Assembly (NCBI GenBank): GCA_963678065.2
Contig: CAXXVZ010000003.1
Coordinates: 1,216,001-1,280,000 of the forward strand
DNA: 64,000 nucleotides
Direction: 5' to 3'
From: Treponemataceae bacterium
GTDB taxonomy: Bacteria; Spirochaetota; Spirochaetia; Treponematales; Rectinemataceae
Shown one piece after another: positions 12,517 to 25,763 of the stretch. Below the pieces are notes generated by a model. It was not told where the DNA came from. It worked only from the letters and a program-made list of their open reading frames with translations, and did not search any database. Every line of letters begins with the position of its first letter. The first letter of the stretch is position 1. A program made the translations under genes and the position numbers.

Positions 12517-12993
12517 TCAGTCCGCCTCGAACTCGGGGATTTTCCGTTTCATCGCGGCGACGAAATCCTCGCCGGTGTTGCCCTGTCTGAGCGCGATGAA
12601 AACCACATTGTCGCGTCCTGAAATCGTGCCGAGAACCTCTTCGAGCCCCATGTTGTCTATGGCGAGAGCGACGGAGTCCGAGTGGCCGGAGAAGGTCCTG
12701 ATGACCACCGTGGTCTGGTTCCAGTCCACGGAGACGTAGCCCCGGAGGAAGTCCTGGATGTGGTGCCGCTCTGACTCCCGCCTCTCTTCGTCGGAGGGTA
12801 CGGTGTAGTAGTAACCCGTGTGACCATCCGATATCTTGCCGACCTTGAGGAATTTGAGGTCGCGGGAGAGGGTTGCCTGAGTGACGCTGTATCCCTGTTC
12901 CTGCAACAGCTGCAGGAGGGCGTCCTGGGAATCGATGCGATGGGCCTTGATGATGGCGCGCACGGTTTTGAGTCTTTCGATCCGTTCTTTCAT
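12517..12993 (-). CDS. argR: Arginine repressor
   Basis: SQDAL...VTQATLSRDLK helix-turn-helix; C-terminal GTISGRDN. Confidence 0.9.
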   Translation of the reverse strand: MKERIERLKTVRAIIKAHRIDSQDALLQLLQEQGYSVTQATLSRDLKFLKVGKISDGHTGYYYTVPSDEERRESERHHIQDFLRGYVSVDWNQTTVVIRTFSGHSDSVALAIDNMGLEEVLGTISGRDNVVFIALRQGNTGEDFVAAMKRKIPEFEAD

Positions 12994-13187
12994 GTTTGAA
13001 TCCATCCCGCATCCACGCCCGAATGCGCCGGATGCCTGTGCATTATTACATAATATTCCGTCCCGGACAAGGCCGAAAAATATTTATACAGTTTGGTTCG
13101 GAATGCAAAATGACTCCGCGTTTCATCGAAACGGCGCGCAGCCCCATCCCATTGTACATCCATCCTGTCAGGTACTACCCTGCCCGC

Positions 13188-14267
13188 ATGGACAGATCGG
13201 AGTGGACGAAGGAACTGCGCGACCGGATAAGGACGGTCGGAGAACTGAAGGACTACGCGGAAGGCCGTTTCGGACTGCCCGCCGGGACAGCCGAGGCGAT
13301 CGAGCACAGTGCGCGCGACGGCGGACTTCCCTTTGCCGCGACGCGCAGCTTCCTTTCACTCGCGGGTTCCGCTCCGAACGATCCGATTCTCGCCCAGGTC
13401 CTTCCCTCTCCCCGCGAGGCCGAAATCCTGGAGGCTGAGTCCGCCGACCCCCTCGGGGAGGAGTTGCATTCTCCGGTGAGACGGCTCGTGCATCAGTACA
13501 GATCGAGGGTGCTTCTGCGTGTCACCGGGGACTGCCCCGTCTTCTGCCGGCACTGTTTCCGGCGCTCCCTGCTGCCGGGGCAAGGCGGCTTCATCACGGA
13601 GGAGGAAACCGGCGAGCTTACCGACTACATCGCGAAGAGGCCGGAAATCCGGGAGGTCCTCGTTTCCGGCGGCGATCCCCTCACCGCCTCCGACAGGAAA
13701 CTCGAATTCCTTTTCCGCTCGCTCAGACAGGCGCGACCGGAGATACTCATCCGGCTCTGCACACGGGGCCCGGTCACCCTCCCCTCGCGGGTCGGGGAGA
13801 AACTCGTCGATATGCTGCGGGACTTCCGTCCGCTCTGCGTGGTCACCCAGGCGAACCACCCGGCCGAACTCGGGGCAGAGTGCAAAAAGGCCCTGGCCAG
13901 GCTGATCGACTCCGGGATTCCCGTGCACAGCCAGACCGTCCTTCTTCGCGGCGTGAACGACGATCCCGACATCCTCGAAACCCTGTTCTCGAGGCTCGCG
14001 CGCATGGGCGTCGACCCTTACTACCTCTTCCAGGGCGATCTTGCCCCGGGAACGGCCGGCTTCAGGGTACCCCTCTCGCGGGGACTCGCCCTGTACGCGG
14101 AACTCAGGCAGAGGCTCTCCGGCATCGAACTGCCGCGCTACGCCGTGGACGCTCCCGGAGGAGGAGGCAAGGTTATCCTTCCCGAGGGCATCCTGGGGAG
14201 AAAAGATGGATACTGGATACTGGCGGCTCCCGACGGAACGCAGAGACTGTATCCTGAAGAAGTGTGA
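13188..14267 (+). CDS. KamA-family radical SAM enzyme (lysine 2,3-aminomutase / EpmB-like)
   Basis: CPVFCRHCFRR, SGGDPL, QTVLLRGVND, PYYLFQGD, DAPGGGGK (PLP lysine). Confidence 0.9.
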   Translation: MDRSEWTKELRDRIRTVGELKDYAEGRFGLPAGTAEAIEHSARDGGLPFAATRSFLSLAGSAPNDPILAQVLPSPREAEILEAESADPLGEELHSPVRRLVHQYRSRVLLRVTGDCPVFCRHCFRRSLLPGQGGFITEEETGELTDYIAKRPEIREVLVSGGDPLTASDRKLEFLFRSLRQARPEILIRLCTRGPVTLPSRVGEKLVDMLRDFRPLCVVTQANHPAELGAECKKALARLIDSGIPVHSQTVLLRGVNDDPDILETLFSRLARMGVDPYYLFQGDLAPGTAGFRVPLSRGLALYAELRQRLSGIELPRYAVDAPGGGGKVILPEGILGRKDGYWILAAPDGTQRLYPEEV

Positions 14268-14322
14268 GATCGCGCCCGGCCCGCTTGAAAAGAGAGACCG
14301 GGACACCTACACTGCCAGTCCA

Positions 14323-15096
14323 ATGAGACAGCACCTGAAAAGCCCCGCCCGCAGAGCGCTGCCGGCCATTCTCCTCGCGTTTTTCTCGCTCATGCCCTTG
14401 GGCGCCTTCGCCTCCGGCTCGGTCATCATACTCGACTATCACTCTTTCACGGGGAAGGGAACATCGTCGATAGACTACACCGAGGCGGAGCTGGCAGCCC
14501 AGCTCGACCGCTTCACCGCCCTCGGATACCACTTCGTATCGATCACGGAGGCCATCGAAGGCAGGATCGAAGGTTCGAGAAATCTGGTCATCTCGATCGA
14601 CGACGGGAACCACACCGTGTATCCGACCTACACGCATGTCCTGAAGCCGCGAGGGATCAGGCCCCTGCTCTTCATCTACCCGGCGATCATCGGCAAGGTT
14701 CCCTACGCGCTCACCGAAGCCCAGCTGAAGGAGCTGGCAGCGGAAGGCTGCGTCATCGGCGCGCACGGCTACAATCACGAATACCTGACGGAGAAGGCCT
14801 TCGTGGCCGATCCCAAAAAAACAAGGCGCGAAATAGAGAAGCCGGGCCCGGTATTGGAGGCCATGCTCGGGAAGCCGGTCAGACTTTTCGGTTTCCCCTT
14901 CGGAGTAGGCTCCATGCAAGCGGAGACAGTCCTGAAATCATCGGGCTACGGGTGGGCCTTCCTCGCGGGGGGAGGAGTCCATCCCGTCTCGTTCGTCGAT
15001 CCTTCGCTCGACCATCTCGCCGTGCCCCGCACCATCGTTTTCCACTCGAACATCGACGCGATCTACGCGAAACTCACCGCCCTCCGCGCAGAATGA
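14323..15096 (+). CDS. Secreted polysaccharide deacetylase (NodB/CE4-like)
   Basis: Signal peptide, LDYHS, ISIDDG, GAHGYNH, FGFPFG. Confidence 0.85.
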   Translation: MRQHLKSPARRALPAILLAFFSLMPLGAFASGSVIILDYHSFTGKGTSSIDYTEAELAAQLDRFTALGYHFVSITEAIEGRIEGSRNLVISIDDGNHTVYPTYTHVLKPRGIRPLLFIYPAIIGKVPYALTEAQLKELAAEGCVIGAHGYNHEYLTEKAFVADPKKTRREIEKPGPVLEAMLGKPVRLFGFPFGVGSMQAETVLKSSGYGWAFLAGGGVHPVSFVDPSLDHLAVPRTIVFHSNIDAIYAKLTALRAE

Positions 15097-15189
15097 GCCA
15101 CGGCGTGGCGTGAACTCCTGCGCCGGAGAGCCGAAGCAGTTTTCTGATGCCTCGTCAAAGAATTGCGACAGGTCCGGTTCTCCGCGGGC

Positions 15190-16736
15190 TCACTCCCACT
15201 CGATCGTGGCGGGCGGCTTGGACGAGATGTCGTAGACGACGCGGCCGATCTGCGGCACGCGGTTGGTGATCGCCGCCGAGATCTCGAGGAGATCCTTCGC
15301 CTCGAAGGGGTAGACGTCGGCCGTCATGCCGTCCTCCGAGACGACGGCGCGCAGGGCGAGAACCGAGCCGTACTTGCGCTCGTCTCCTGCGACACCCACC
15401 GAGCGGATGGGCAAGAGGACGGAGAAGGCCTGCCATATCCTGTCGTACAACCCCCGCGCCCTCAGCTCCGCGATGTAGATCGCGTCGGCTTCGCGGAGGA
15501 TATCGCAGCTCTCCTTCGTGACCTCGCCGAGGATGCGCACGCCGAGTCCAGGACCGGGAAAGGGGTGGCGCCCCACGATCTCCTCGGGCAGGCCGAGAAG
15601 GCGTCCGAGGGCGCGGACCTCGTCCTTGTAGAGACGGTCCAGGGGCTCGATGACCCTGTTGGCCTTGCGCTTGGCCTCCACGAGAGGACTGCGCACGTTG
15701 TGGTGGCTCTTGATGACCTGGGCCGCCTTTCCGACGCCCTTCCCCGACTCGATGAGGTCGGTGTAGAGTGTGCCCTGGACGAGGAAGGCGTCCCTGGGGA
15801 TGCCGAGTCGGCCGAGTTCGCGCTCCTGGATGGTGATGAAGAGGTCGCCGATGATGCGGCGCTTGGCCTCGGGTTCCTCGTGGCCTCGCAGGGCGGAGAG
15901 AAAATCATCCTCGGCCTCGATCATGTGCAGGTGTCTCGCGCCGAGCTTCGTGAGGTTGCGCATGACCTCGGCGCTCTCCGCCTTCCGCATGAGGCCTGTG
16001 TCGATGTACATGAGGTGGACCTTGGCAGGGTCGAGGATGGTGAGGAGAAGCGCCCCCGCCACCGTGGAGTCCACGCCGCCGGAGATGAGGAGAAGGACCT
16101 CCCCTTCGCCGACACGTCTGCGGATGATCTCGCGCTCGGAGTCGATGTAGGCCTGCATGGACCAGCCTCCGCGCGCGCCGCAGATGCCCTTCACGAAATT
16201 CCCGAGCACGAGACTTCCCTTCTCGCAGTGGCTCACCTCGGGGTGGAACTGCACGCCCCAGATCCTGTTTTTTCGGTCGACGAGGGCGGCGGGTATGCCC
16301 CCCTCGCTCTCGGCGAGAATCTCGAAGCCTGGCGCGGGAATGTCGATCGAGTCGCCGTGGCTCATCCAGCTCGAAAACTCGGCGGGCATGCCGGCGAGGA
16401 GCGGGTCCTGAGCGGCCGCGTCGAGGAGTCTGACGGCTTTGCGTCCGTACTCGCGCTCGGGCAGACGGCGCACCGTGCCGCCTCGCTCCTGGGTCATGCG
16501 CTGGACGCCGTAGCAGATGCCGAGCAGGGGCACTCCCGCCGCGAAAACCGAGGGATGGATGGCCGGCGCATCCGGCTCGTAGGCGCTGCGGGGGGAGCCC
16601 GAGAGGATGATGCCGACGCAGTCCGCGAGTTCCGCAGGAGCGAGGGCCGAATCGCCGTGCGCGATGGCGGCGTAGACACCCAGCTCGCGCACGCGCCGGC
16701 CGATGAGCTGGGTGTACTGGCTTCCGAAATCGAGGA

Positions 16737-16752
<16 letters not shown>
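15190..16752 (-). CDS. guaA: GMP synthase (glutamine-hydrolysing)
   Basis: LDFGSQYTQLI, GICYG, QFHPEV, SGGVDS, IKSHHNV, HPFPGPGL, KPPATIEWE. Confidence 0.98.
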
Positions 16753-17966
<1,214 letters not shown>

Positions 17967-18017
17967 GACAAATAGCTCCTTGGCGGAAGCTCTCCGCCTG
18001 CGTATCCCGATCCCGAC

Positions 18018-18575
18018 CTATATCAGGTCAGCGTATTCAGCCTCCGCGGCGCGCACGAGGTCGCCGGGTGCGATGATCATCTGAAGGCCGCGCATTCCCG
18101 CGCTGACCGCGATCCTGTCGAAAAGCTGGGCGGTTTCGTCGATGTAGACGGGAAATTTCTTCTTGGTGCCGACGGGAGAGCATCCCCCCCGGACATAGCC
18201 GGTGGCTGGCTGAAGCTCTTTGAGCGGAAGCATTTCGACATTCTTGTTTCCGGAAACCCGGGCCGCCTTCCTGAGGTCGATCTCGGTGTTTCCCGGAATG
18301 CAGCAGAGGAAGATGCCCGAGGCCGCTCCCCGGAGGGCCAGGGTCTTGAACACCCGCTCCGGTTCCATGCCGATCTTCTCCGCGACGGAAACTGCGTCGA
18401 GCTTCTCCTCGTCGACCTCGTAGGCGATGGTTCCGACCCGTATGCCGTGAGAGGCGACGATGCGCAGGGCGTTGGTCTTCGGACCCGCGCCCGGATCTTC
18501 GCGGCGGCCGGGAGCGGGCCCGGGTGCTGCGACGTTCACTCCCGGGACCTCGTGCCCCGCGGCCTCTGGCTGCAA
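18018..18575 (-). CDS. ybaK: Cys-tRNA(Pro) deacylase YbaK/EbsC
   Basis: KTNALR, VFKTL, TGYVRGGCSPVG, VSAGMRG; true start may be downstream of 18575. Confidence 0.88.
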   Translation of the reverse strand: MQPEAAGHEVPGVNVAAPGPAPGRREDPGAGPKTNALRIVASHGIRVGTIAYEVDEEKLDAVSVAEKIGMEPERVFKTLALRGAASGIFLCCIPGNTEIDLRKAARVSGNKNVEMLPLKELQPATGYVRGGCSPVGTKKKFPVYIDETAQLFDRIAVSAGMRGLQMIIAPGDLVRAAEAEYADLI

Positions 18576-18579
18576 GGGG

Positions 18580-20202
<1,623 letters not shown>

Positions 20203-20211
20203 GGGCTTTTC

Positions 20212-20970
20212 TCACTCTCCGTCGAAAAGGATTCTGCAGGGATTCCCCCGCTCGGGCGGCGTGATGTTCAATTCACGGCTGCCAGAAAGGAGGATCAGGG
20301 TGTGGGTATCGGAGTCTTCGCACCAGACTTCGGTATCGGCGTATTGGCGCGGCAGGGCGACTTCGTTGGAGCGCGCGAGAGTTTTCGTCTTGCCGCCCGA
20401 CTGCACGCAGAGGTCGATCCGATATCTGGACCCCGGATGGGGCATGTTGATGTACCACTGGTAATCGTTGTGCGAAACAGGTATGTCGAAAAAATCCTTG
20501 CGCGGATCGTGGCCGGGCGCGACTTCGCAGACGCGGAGGCACAACCCCGGCTGACCTTCCTCCGCGTCGCTCGACCGCATCCTCTCGGCGATGTCCCAAT
20601 ACGCGAAGACCCAGCCCGGATCGCGAGCCAGGGCGTGGATCATCGTGTCGCCGTAACGCCCCCCGGATTCGGAGAGGTTGGACTGGGACTGCGCGGCGCT
20701 CGGCGCAAGTGTCTGGAAACCCGTACCGGCGAATTTCTTCTCTTCGACGTGTCCGGGGGCGTCGTGGGAAAAACGGCGTTCCTCCGACTCCTCGTCGAAG
20801 GCCTCCATGATCTCTTCCAGCACGAAGACGCGGTCCAATCCCGGCGGAAGGTTGAGACCCATCTTGTCCGCAAGAAACAGAAGTTCCTCATCGGTCAACT
20901 GACCCAGCTTGTCGGGATTCACAGTGGCATTGTGAAAAACAAGCCGAATGCTTGTCAAGTCCGAGGCCAT
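20212..20970 (-). CDS. DUF4912-domain protein
   Basis: LARDPGWVFAYWDI, WYIN, LARSN; usual neighbour of GH57 branching enzymes. Confidence 0.8.
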   Translation of the reverse strand: MASDLTSIRLVFHNATVNPDKLGQLTDEELLFLADKMGLNLPPGLDRVFVLEEIMEAFDEESEERRFSHDAPGHVEEKKFAGTGFQTLAPSAAQSQSNLSESGGRYGDTMIHALARDPGWVFAYWDIAERMRSSDAEEGQPGLCLRVCEVAPGHDPRKDFFDIPVSHNDYQWYINMPHPGSRYRIDLCVQSGGKTKTLARSNEVALPRQYADTEVWCEDSDTHTLILLSGSRELNITPPERGNPCRILFDGE

Positions 20971-20978
20971 GGCCGTTT

Positions 20979-22109
20979 TCAGACGCTCCGGGCGCGCGGG
21001 GAACGCCGGCGCGGCTGTCCTGACCGGGGTACTGCTCCCGAAGGGGCTTCGCGGCGGGGTTTCTGCATGGGTGACAGTCCCCTCCGCTTGAATACCATCA
21101 TGATCGCGGCTTCCAGCTCGACCCGGGGAGGATTGAGGGGAGAGAGGAAGAGCCGCGATCCGGAAAGAGCGTCCCTGAAGGCTTCGGAGGTCTCTGCGAG
21201 AAGTTCGGGCTCCGATTCGAGGAGCGGTTTGATGAAATGCGCGAGCAGTGCGGAGAGAAAATTCTTGTCGGCGGCCGTCCGAACGAGCGTGTCGAGTTCA
21301 TCCAGCGAGGCGTACATCGCCGTCCGGAATCCTGAATCTGAGCGCATCCGGCGGTCGACCTCGGGAAGCATGTGGCGGAGCAGGTCAAAATCCGAAAGCC
21401 CCTTGATGATCCGCGAGGAATTCCCCGACGCGAGGATCTTGGAGAATTCCTCGGTGAGCCGCGAGGTGCTCGACTCCGCGAGAAGCGCGGAGTCCCGTTT
21501 GAGCGCGCGCCGGAGAGTGAACGGGAGGCGGAAATCCGAGGTCGAGGCATATTTCACGCAGCGGATCATGCGGACAGGGTCCTCGACGAAAATCGTCTTG
21601 AGCGGAATGACAGGTTTCACTTTCCGCGCCACGATGTCCTTGTATCCTCCCACATAGTCGACGAGAGTGTCGTCGTGGGTGTTGTAGTACAGGGCGTTGA
21701 AGGTGAAGTCCCGACGCATGGCGTCCTCGTCCATGGTGCCGAACTCGTTTCCCACGGTGCCGTTGGCGGTGGATCTGAAGGTTGCGACTTCGTAGATGCG
21801 GGGTCCGACATAGACGTGGACGAGCCTGAAGCGCTTGCCGATAACCCGCGCGTTGCGGAAGATGCGGCGGATCCTCGTCGGCTGGGCATCCGTGACAAGG
21901 TCGAAGTCCTTGGGCGCGCGTCCGAGGAGGAGGTCGCGGACGGCGCCCCCGACGATGTAGGCTTCGTGTCCGTTGTTCCTGAGATGTTCGATTATCCTGA
22001 TCGCGTCGGGATCGATCTTCGCGCGGTCTATGCCGTGCTCGGTCCGGGTGTAAACGAGTGCCTTGGCCACAGGCCTGCCGTCTTCCGATCGTCGATAGCG
22101 GATGAACAC
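20979..22109 (-). CDS. pcnB: Poly(A) polymerase I
   Basis: VGGAVRDLLLG, PKDFD, PAP-type IGKRFRLVHV motif, EVATFR, RRDFTFNALYY, EDPVRMIR. Confidence 0.88.
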   Translation of the reverse strand: MFIRYRRSEDGRPVAKALVYTRTEHGIDRAKIDPDAIRIIEHLRNNGHEAYIVGGAVRDLLLGRAPKDFDLVTDAQPTRIRRIFRNARVIGKRFRLVHVYVGPRIYEVATFRSTANGTVGNEFGTMDEDAMRRDFTFNALYYNTHDDTLVDYVGGYKDIVARKVKPVIPLKTIFVEDPVRMIRCVKYASTSDFRLPFTLRRALKRDSALLAESSTSRLTEEFSKILASGNSSRIIKGLSDFDLLRHMLPEVDRRMRSDSGFRTAMYASLDELDTLVRTAADKNFLSALLAHFIKPLLESEPELLAETSEAFRDALSGSRLFLSPLNPPRVELEAAIMMVFKRRGLSPMQKPRREAPSGAVPRSGQPRRRSPRARSV

Positions 22110-22219
22110 GAGTACGCCCCTAGTGATTTGATAACAGAGGCTTCTCAGGAATGCCCGGCATCCCGGAGAGGCGACCTTGGATGTGTTGTCGCATTATACC
22201 GCGCTTGCTCGGTGGAGGG

Positions 22220-23224
22220 TCAAGGACTGCCGCGGGAGCTGCCCGAAGCTGCGACGGGATGGTCGCCGGCGTCGGCACCGATGCTCCCGCCGAGCCGTCT
22301 GCCGATGCGGGCCGCGAACCAGCCGGTCAAGTCCGCGATCACCTCATCGCGGTTGGTTTCATTCAGCGTCTCGTGGCGACCGCCGGGATAACAGCGGGCC
22401 GTGAAATCCGAAAGTCCGAGCGAGGCCAGTCTCTCTCTCTGTTCGGCGTAGCCCTTCTCCTTCCCGACTACCGGATCATCCGAACCGCAGAAGAAATATA
22501 CCGGCAGCGATTTCGGCACCCTGTCGAGGAAACCGGGGGCATAGACGAGCTTCGTTCCTTCGAAAACATCCCTGTAGAAGGAATAGCTGCAGGTAAAGGA
22601 GCAGGCCGGATCCGCCATATAGGCGGCGACGACGGCGGGATCGCGGGAAATCCAGTCGCAGGGGGTCTTCGCGCCGGAAATGGAGCGCGCATAGTCGCCG
22701 AAGGTCATGGCCTTGGGAAGCTTGCCCGGGGCTCGTGCGCCCTTGAACAGAGTCCCGAGCTCTATGATGATCTTCCCTCCGAGGTTCAGGACCATGGTTG
22801 GCTTTGAGGGAGGGGCCGAGAGGACGCAGCCGGCGAGATCGGAGCCGTAGAGACCTATGAAGGCCAGGCCGAGGAGGGAGCCGAAGGAGTGCCCCAAATA
22901 GTACAGGGGCAGACCGCTGTTTTCCTTCCGCGCCGCGAGTCCGAGTTCGTGGAGGTCGTCCACGACCCGCCTGAATCCTCCGGTTTCGGCGAGGAAACCC
23001 CAATTTCCATCTTTATCCGTCTCCCCGTGGCCGCGGAGGTCGGGAATGCAGACGGCCAGGCCGAGCCCCGAGAGGACCGAGGCGAGGCGAAGGTAGCGCG
23101 CTCCGTGCTCTACCATGCCGTGGGCGACGAGCAGAACGGCCTTCGGCTGTCCTTCGGGAAGAATTCGGCGCACGAATATGCGCTTTCCGTCTGTCGCCGC
23201 GAACTTGAATGTATCGGATCCCAT
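22220..23224 (-). CDS. Alpha/beta hydrolase, lysophospholipase/monoacylglycerol lipase type
   Basis: HGMVEH, DLRGHG, GHSFG, GSDDPV, RHETLNE. Confidence 0.9.
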   Translation of the reverse strand: MGSDTFKFAATDGKRIFVRRILPEGQPKAVLLVAHGMVEHGARYLRLASVLSGLGLAVCIPDLRGHGETDKDGNWGFLAETGGFRRVVDDLHELGLAARKENSGLPLYYLGHSFGSLLGLAFIGLYGSDLAGCVLSAPPSKPTMVLNLGGKIIIELGTLFKGARAPGKLPKAMTFGDYARSISGAKTPCDWISRDPAVVAAYMADPACSFTCSYSFYRDVFEGTKLVYAPGFLDRVPKSLPVYFFCGSDDPVVGKEKGYAEQRERLASLGLSDFTARCYPGGRHETLNETNRDEVIADLTGWFAARIGRRLGGSIGADAGDHPVAASGSSRGSP

Positions 23225-23350
23225 GATATCCCCTTTTCGGTCTTCCGGGAGGAAGAGCAATTCCGGCCAGGACGAGGACCGCAGCCAAAATCTTACACTC
23301 AGCAGGACCTGCAAGCAAGTTGGGTGGCGAGATTGCCCAGAGCACTGCAT

Positions 23351-23409
23351 CGCGGGGCTCGCCAAGATCGGGCCTCGCCCCGAACAGGGGCTCGCGGGGC
23401 TCGCCAAGA
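23351..23409. repeat. 17-bp direct repeat in divergent intergenic region
   Basis: CGCGGGGCTCGCCAAGA at 23351 and 23393. Confidence 0.7.
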
Positions 23410-23443
23410 CCGGGGCGGCCAGCTATCATCGGAAAAAAGAGGA

Positions 23444-23998
23444 ATGCATGCCTTATCTCCGGAGGTATTTCTGAAGACCATTCACAGCGCGAGCGCGGAA
23501 GAGACTGTGGCGCTCGGAGAAATAATAGGCCGAAACGCTCACGGGGGCTCCGTGATCGCGTTCCGGGGCGATCTCGGAGCCGGAAAAACGACGATGTCCA
23601 AGGGCATCGCCGCGGGTCTCGGAATCACGGACGAGGTGACTTCGCCCACCTTCACCATAATTTCCGAGTATGATGGCAGACTCAGGCTCTGCCACGTCGA
23701 CGCCTGGCGCCTCGGCGGTCCCGGAGATTTCGAGGAGATCGGCGGATTCGACATGGTTTCGGACCCCGAAACCCTCCTTCTCGTCGAGTGGAGCGAGAAG
23801 CTCGGAGAGACCCTTCCCCCGGAAAGCGCCATCGTCGACATACGGGTTCTGTCCGACGGCAGCCGTACGATCCGTGTCGAGGGAGCATGGCTCGAAGAAA
23901 TCCTTTCAGTTCCCGAAGACAGGTCGGGGCCGGCAGCCGGGGAACAGGGATCGGGACAGGAATCCGGCCCGGCCTCATCGACCAAGGAGCACGCATGA
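23444..23998 (+). CDS. tsaE: tRNA t6A37 biosynthesis ATPase TsaE
   Basis: GDLGAGKTT, VTSPTFTI, HVDAWRL, LVEW. Confidence 0.93.
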   Translation: MHALSPEVFLKTIHSASAEETVALGEIIGRNAHGGSVIAFRGDLGAGKTTMSKGIAAGLGITDEVTSPTFTIISEYDGRLRLCHVDAWRLGGPGDFEEIGGFDMVSDPETLLLVEWSEKLGETLPPESAIVDIRVLSDGSRTIRVEGAWLEEILSVPEDRSGPAAGEQGSGQESGPASSTKEHA

Positions 23999-24657
23999 AC
24001 GTCCTCGCCTTCGACACATCCTCGTCCACACTCTCCGTCGCGCTTGTGGGCGCGGCCGGGAGTGTATCCTTCTCGATCAGCATGGGCACAAAGCACACCG
24101 AGAGGCTCATGGATGCTATCGACATCTGCGTTTCGAGATCGGGAATGGCGAAGACCGACATCGACCTCGTCGCATGCGCCCTCGGGCCGGGATCATTCAC
24201 GGGCCTCAGAATCGGCATGGCGACGGCAAAAGGCCTCGCCCTGGCGCTCGGACTGCCCTGGGTGGCCGTTCCGACCCTGGATTGCCACGCATTCGGACTG
24301 GATTCCTTCCCGGGCGCCGTCGTCCCAGTCATAGACGGCAAAAAAGGGCGCGTGTATGCGGCCGTCTACGAGAGGGGCCGGAGAGTGGGTGACTGGCTGG
24401 ACATCAGCGCAGGCGATCTTGTCGGGAAAGTCGACGCATACGCCGACCTGCTCTTCTGCGGCCCCGACGCGGGGCTGTTCGAGGGCACATGCCTGGAAAG
24501 ACCCGGGTTCAGGATTTACAAACGGGGCGAGGCGGGCTCAGGCGAGGCCATGGCCGCGCTCGCGATCAGGATCTTCGCGGAGGAAGGTCCCGCCCGGGAT
24601 GATGCGGCCCCTCTCTATCTGCGCCCGCCCGAGGCGGAAGAGAGCATCTTGAGGTAG
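23995..24657 (+). CDS. tsaB: tRNA t6A37 biosynthesis protein TsaB
   Basis: MNVLAFDTS, HTERL, GPGSFTGLRIG, PLYLR. Confidence 0.93.
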   Translation: MNVLAFDTSSSTLSVALVGAAGSVSFSISMGTKHTERLMDAIDICVSRSGMAKTDIDLVACALGPGSFTGLRIGMATAKGLALALGLPWVAVPTLDCHAFGLDSFPGAVVPVIDGKKGRVYAAVYERGRRVGDWLDISAGDLVGKVDAYADLLFCGPDAGLFEGTCLERPGFRIYKRGEAGSGEAMAALAIRIFAEEGPARDDAAPLYLRPPEAEESILR

Positions 24658-25763
24658 ACCCTGCGACGCTTGTGCTGCCGCTTCTCGTAATCCTTCCACA
24701 GGCCGTGAACCTGGACGTTCGTCTCGAGCTCCGGATTGGACTCGGCGAAACGGACACCCGACTTGATGGCACTCAGGTTGAAGGCCGTCATGAGGAGGGC
24801 TATCACGCCGCGGGCCTGGTACTCCGGCCTCACGGCGACGAGGAGCATGTCCACGATCTCCGGTTTGCGCATCGCCTTGATGAGGTAATACCAGCCGAAG
24901 GGGAAAAGCGCCCCCTTGCACTTGTTGAGGGCATCCGAGATGTTCGGCACGGAGAAACCGAAGCCGGCCAGCTTCCCCTCGGCATCGACGAGAACCTTGA
25001 TGAACCGAGGATCGGCGAATCCGAGATATTGCTTGACATAGCCGTCGACCTGGCCCTTGGAGAGCGGAGTGGTCCCGTACAGATGCGAGTAGGTCTCGTC
25101 GAGCATGCCGAATATCTGACTGCCGAAGCGCGCCACCAGCTCTTTGGACTTCTTCCACTCGTAGACCGTGATGCCCGTGCGCTTGGCGATGACGTCCTGG
25201 ACGCGCTGGACCTTCTCGGGTATGGATTCAGGCACACTGACGAGGAACTCGATCCAGTCGATGTCCTTGATGTAGCCGAGCCTCTCCAGAAAGTCGCGGT
25301 AGTAGGGATAGTTGTAGATAGTGGCGAAGGTACCCCGTTCCTGGAATCCTTCGACGAGGAGACCCTCGCGGTCGAGATCCGTGAAGCCGAGCGGGCCGTG
25401 CACGCCGTCCATACCCTTCGAGCGCGCCCACTCCTCCACCGTCGAGATGAGGAGCGAGGCCACCTCGAAATCCTCGACAAAATCGACCCAGCCGAAGCGC
25501 GCGTACTTGTTGCCCCACTTCTCGATGTATCGACGATTGATGATGCCGGCTATCCGCCCGACCATGACCCCATCGCGCCAGGCCGTCCAGTATTCTGCTT
25601 CGCAGAACTCGAAGGAGGGATTCTTGTCTTTCCTGAGGGTGTTCATGTCGTCGAAGCGGGGAGCCGGAACCCACTGAGGCACTCCCGCGTACATGCTCGC
25701 CGGAAATTTCACGAATGCCCTCAGCTGGGCCCGATTTTCCACTTTGCGGATTTGTACGCTCAT
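24615..25763 (-). CDS. Tandem GNAT-fold N-acetyltransferase (YghO-like)
   Basis: VGRIAGIIN, RFGWVDF, VHGPLGF, EGLLVEGF, YNYPYY, AVRPEYQARG, ELETN. Confidence 0.8.
   Translation of the reverse strand: MSVQIRKVENRAQLRAFVKFPASMYAGVPQWVPAPRFDDMNTLRKDKNPSFEFCEAEYWTAWRDGVMVGRIAGIINRRYIEKWGNKYARFGWVDFVEDFEVASLLISTVEEWARSKGMDGVHGPLGFTDLDREGLLVEGFQERGTFATIYNYPYYRDFLERLGYIKDIDWIEFLVSVPESIPEKVQRVQDVIAKRTGITVYEWKKSKELVARFGSQIFGMLDETYSHLYGTTPLSKGQVDGYVKQYLGFADPRFIKVLVDAEGKLAGFGFSVPNISDALNKCKGALFPFGWYYLIKAMRKPEIVDMLLVAVRPEYQARGVIALLMTAFNLSAIKSGVRFAESNPELETNVQVHGLWKDYEKRQHKRRRVYLKMLSSASGGRR

Noticed and set aside
20979..22109. CCA-adding enzyme
   Set aside because: Carries the poly(A) polymerase-type IGKRFRLVHV motif
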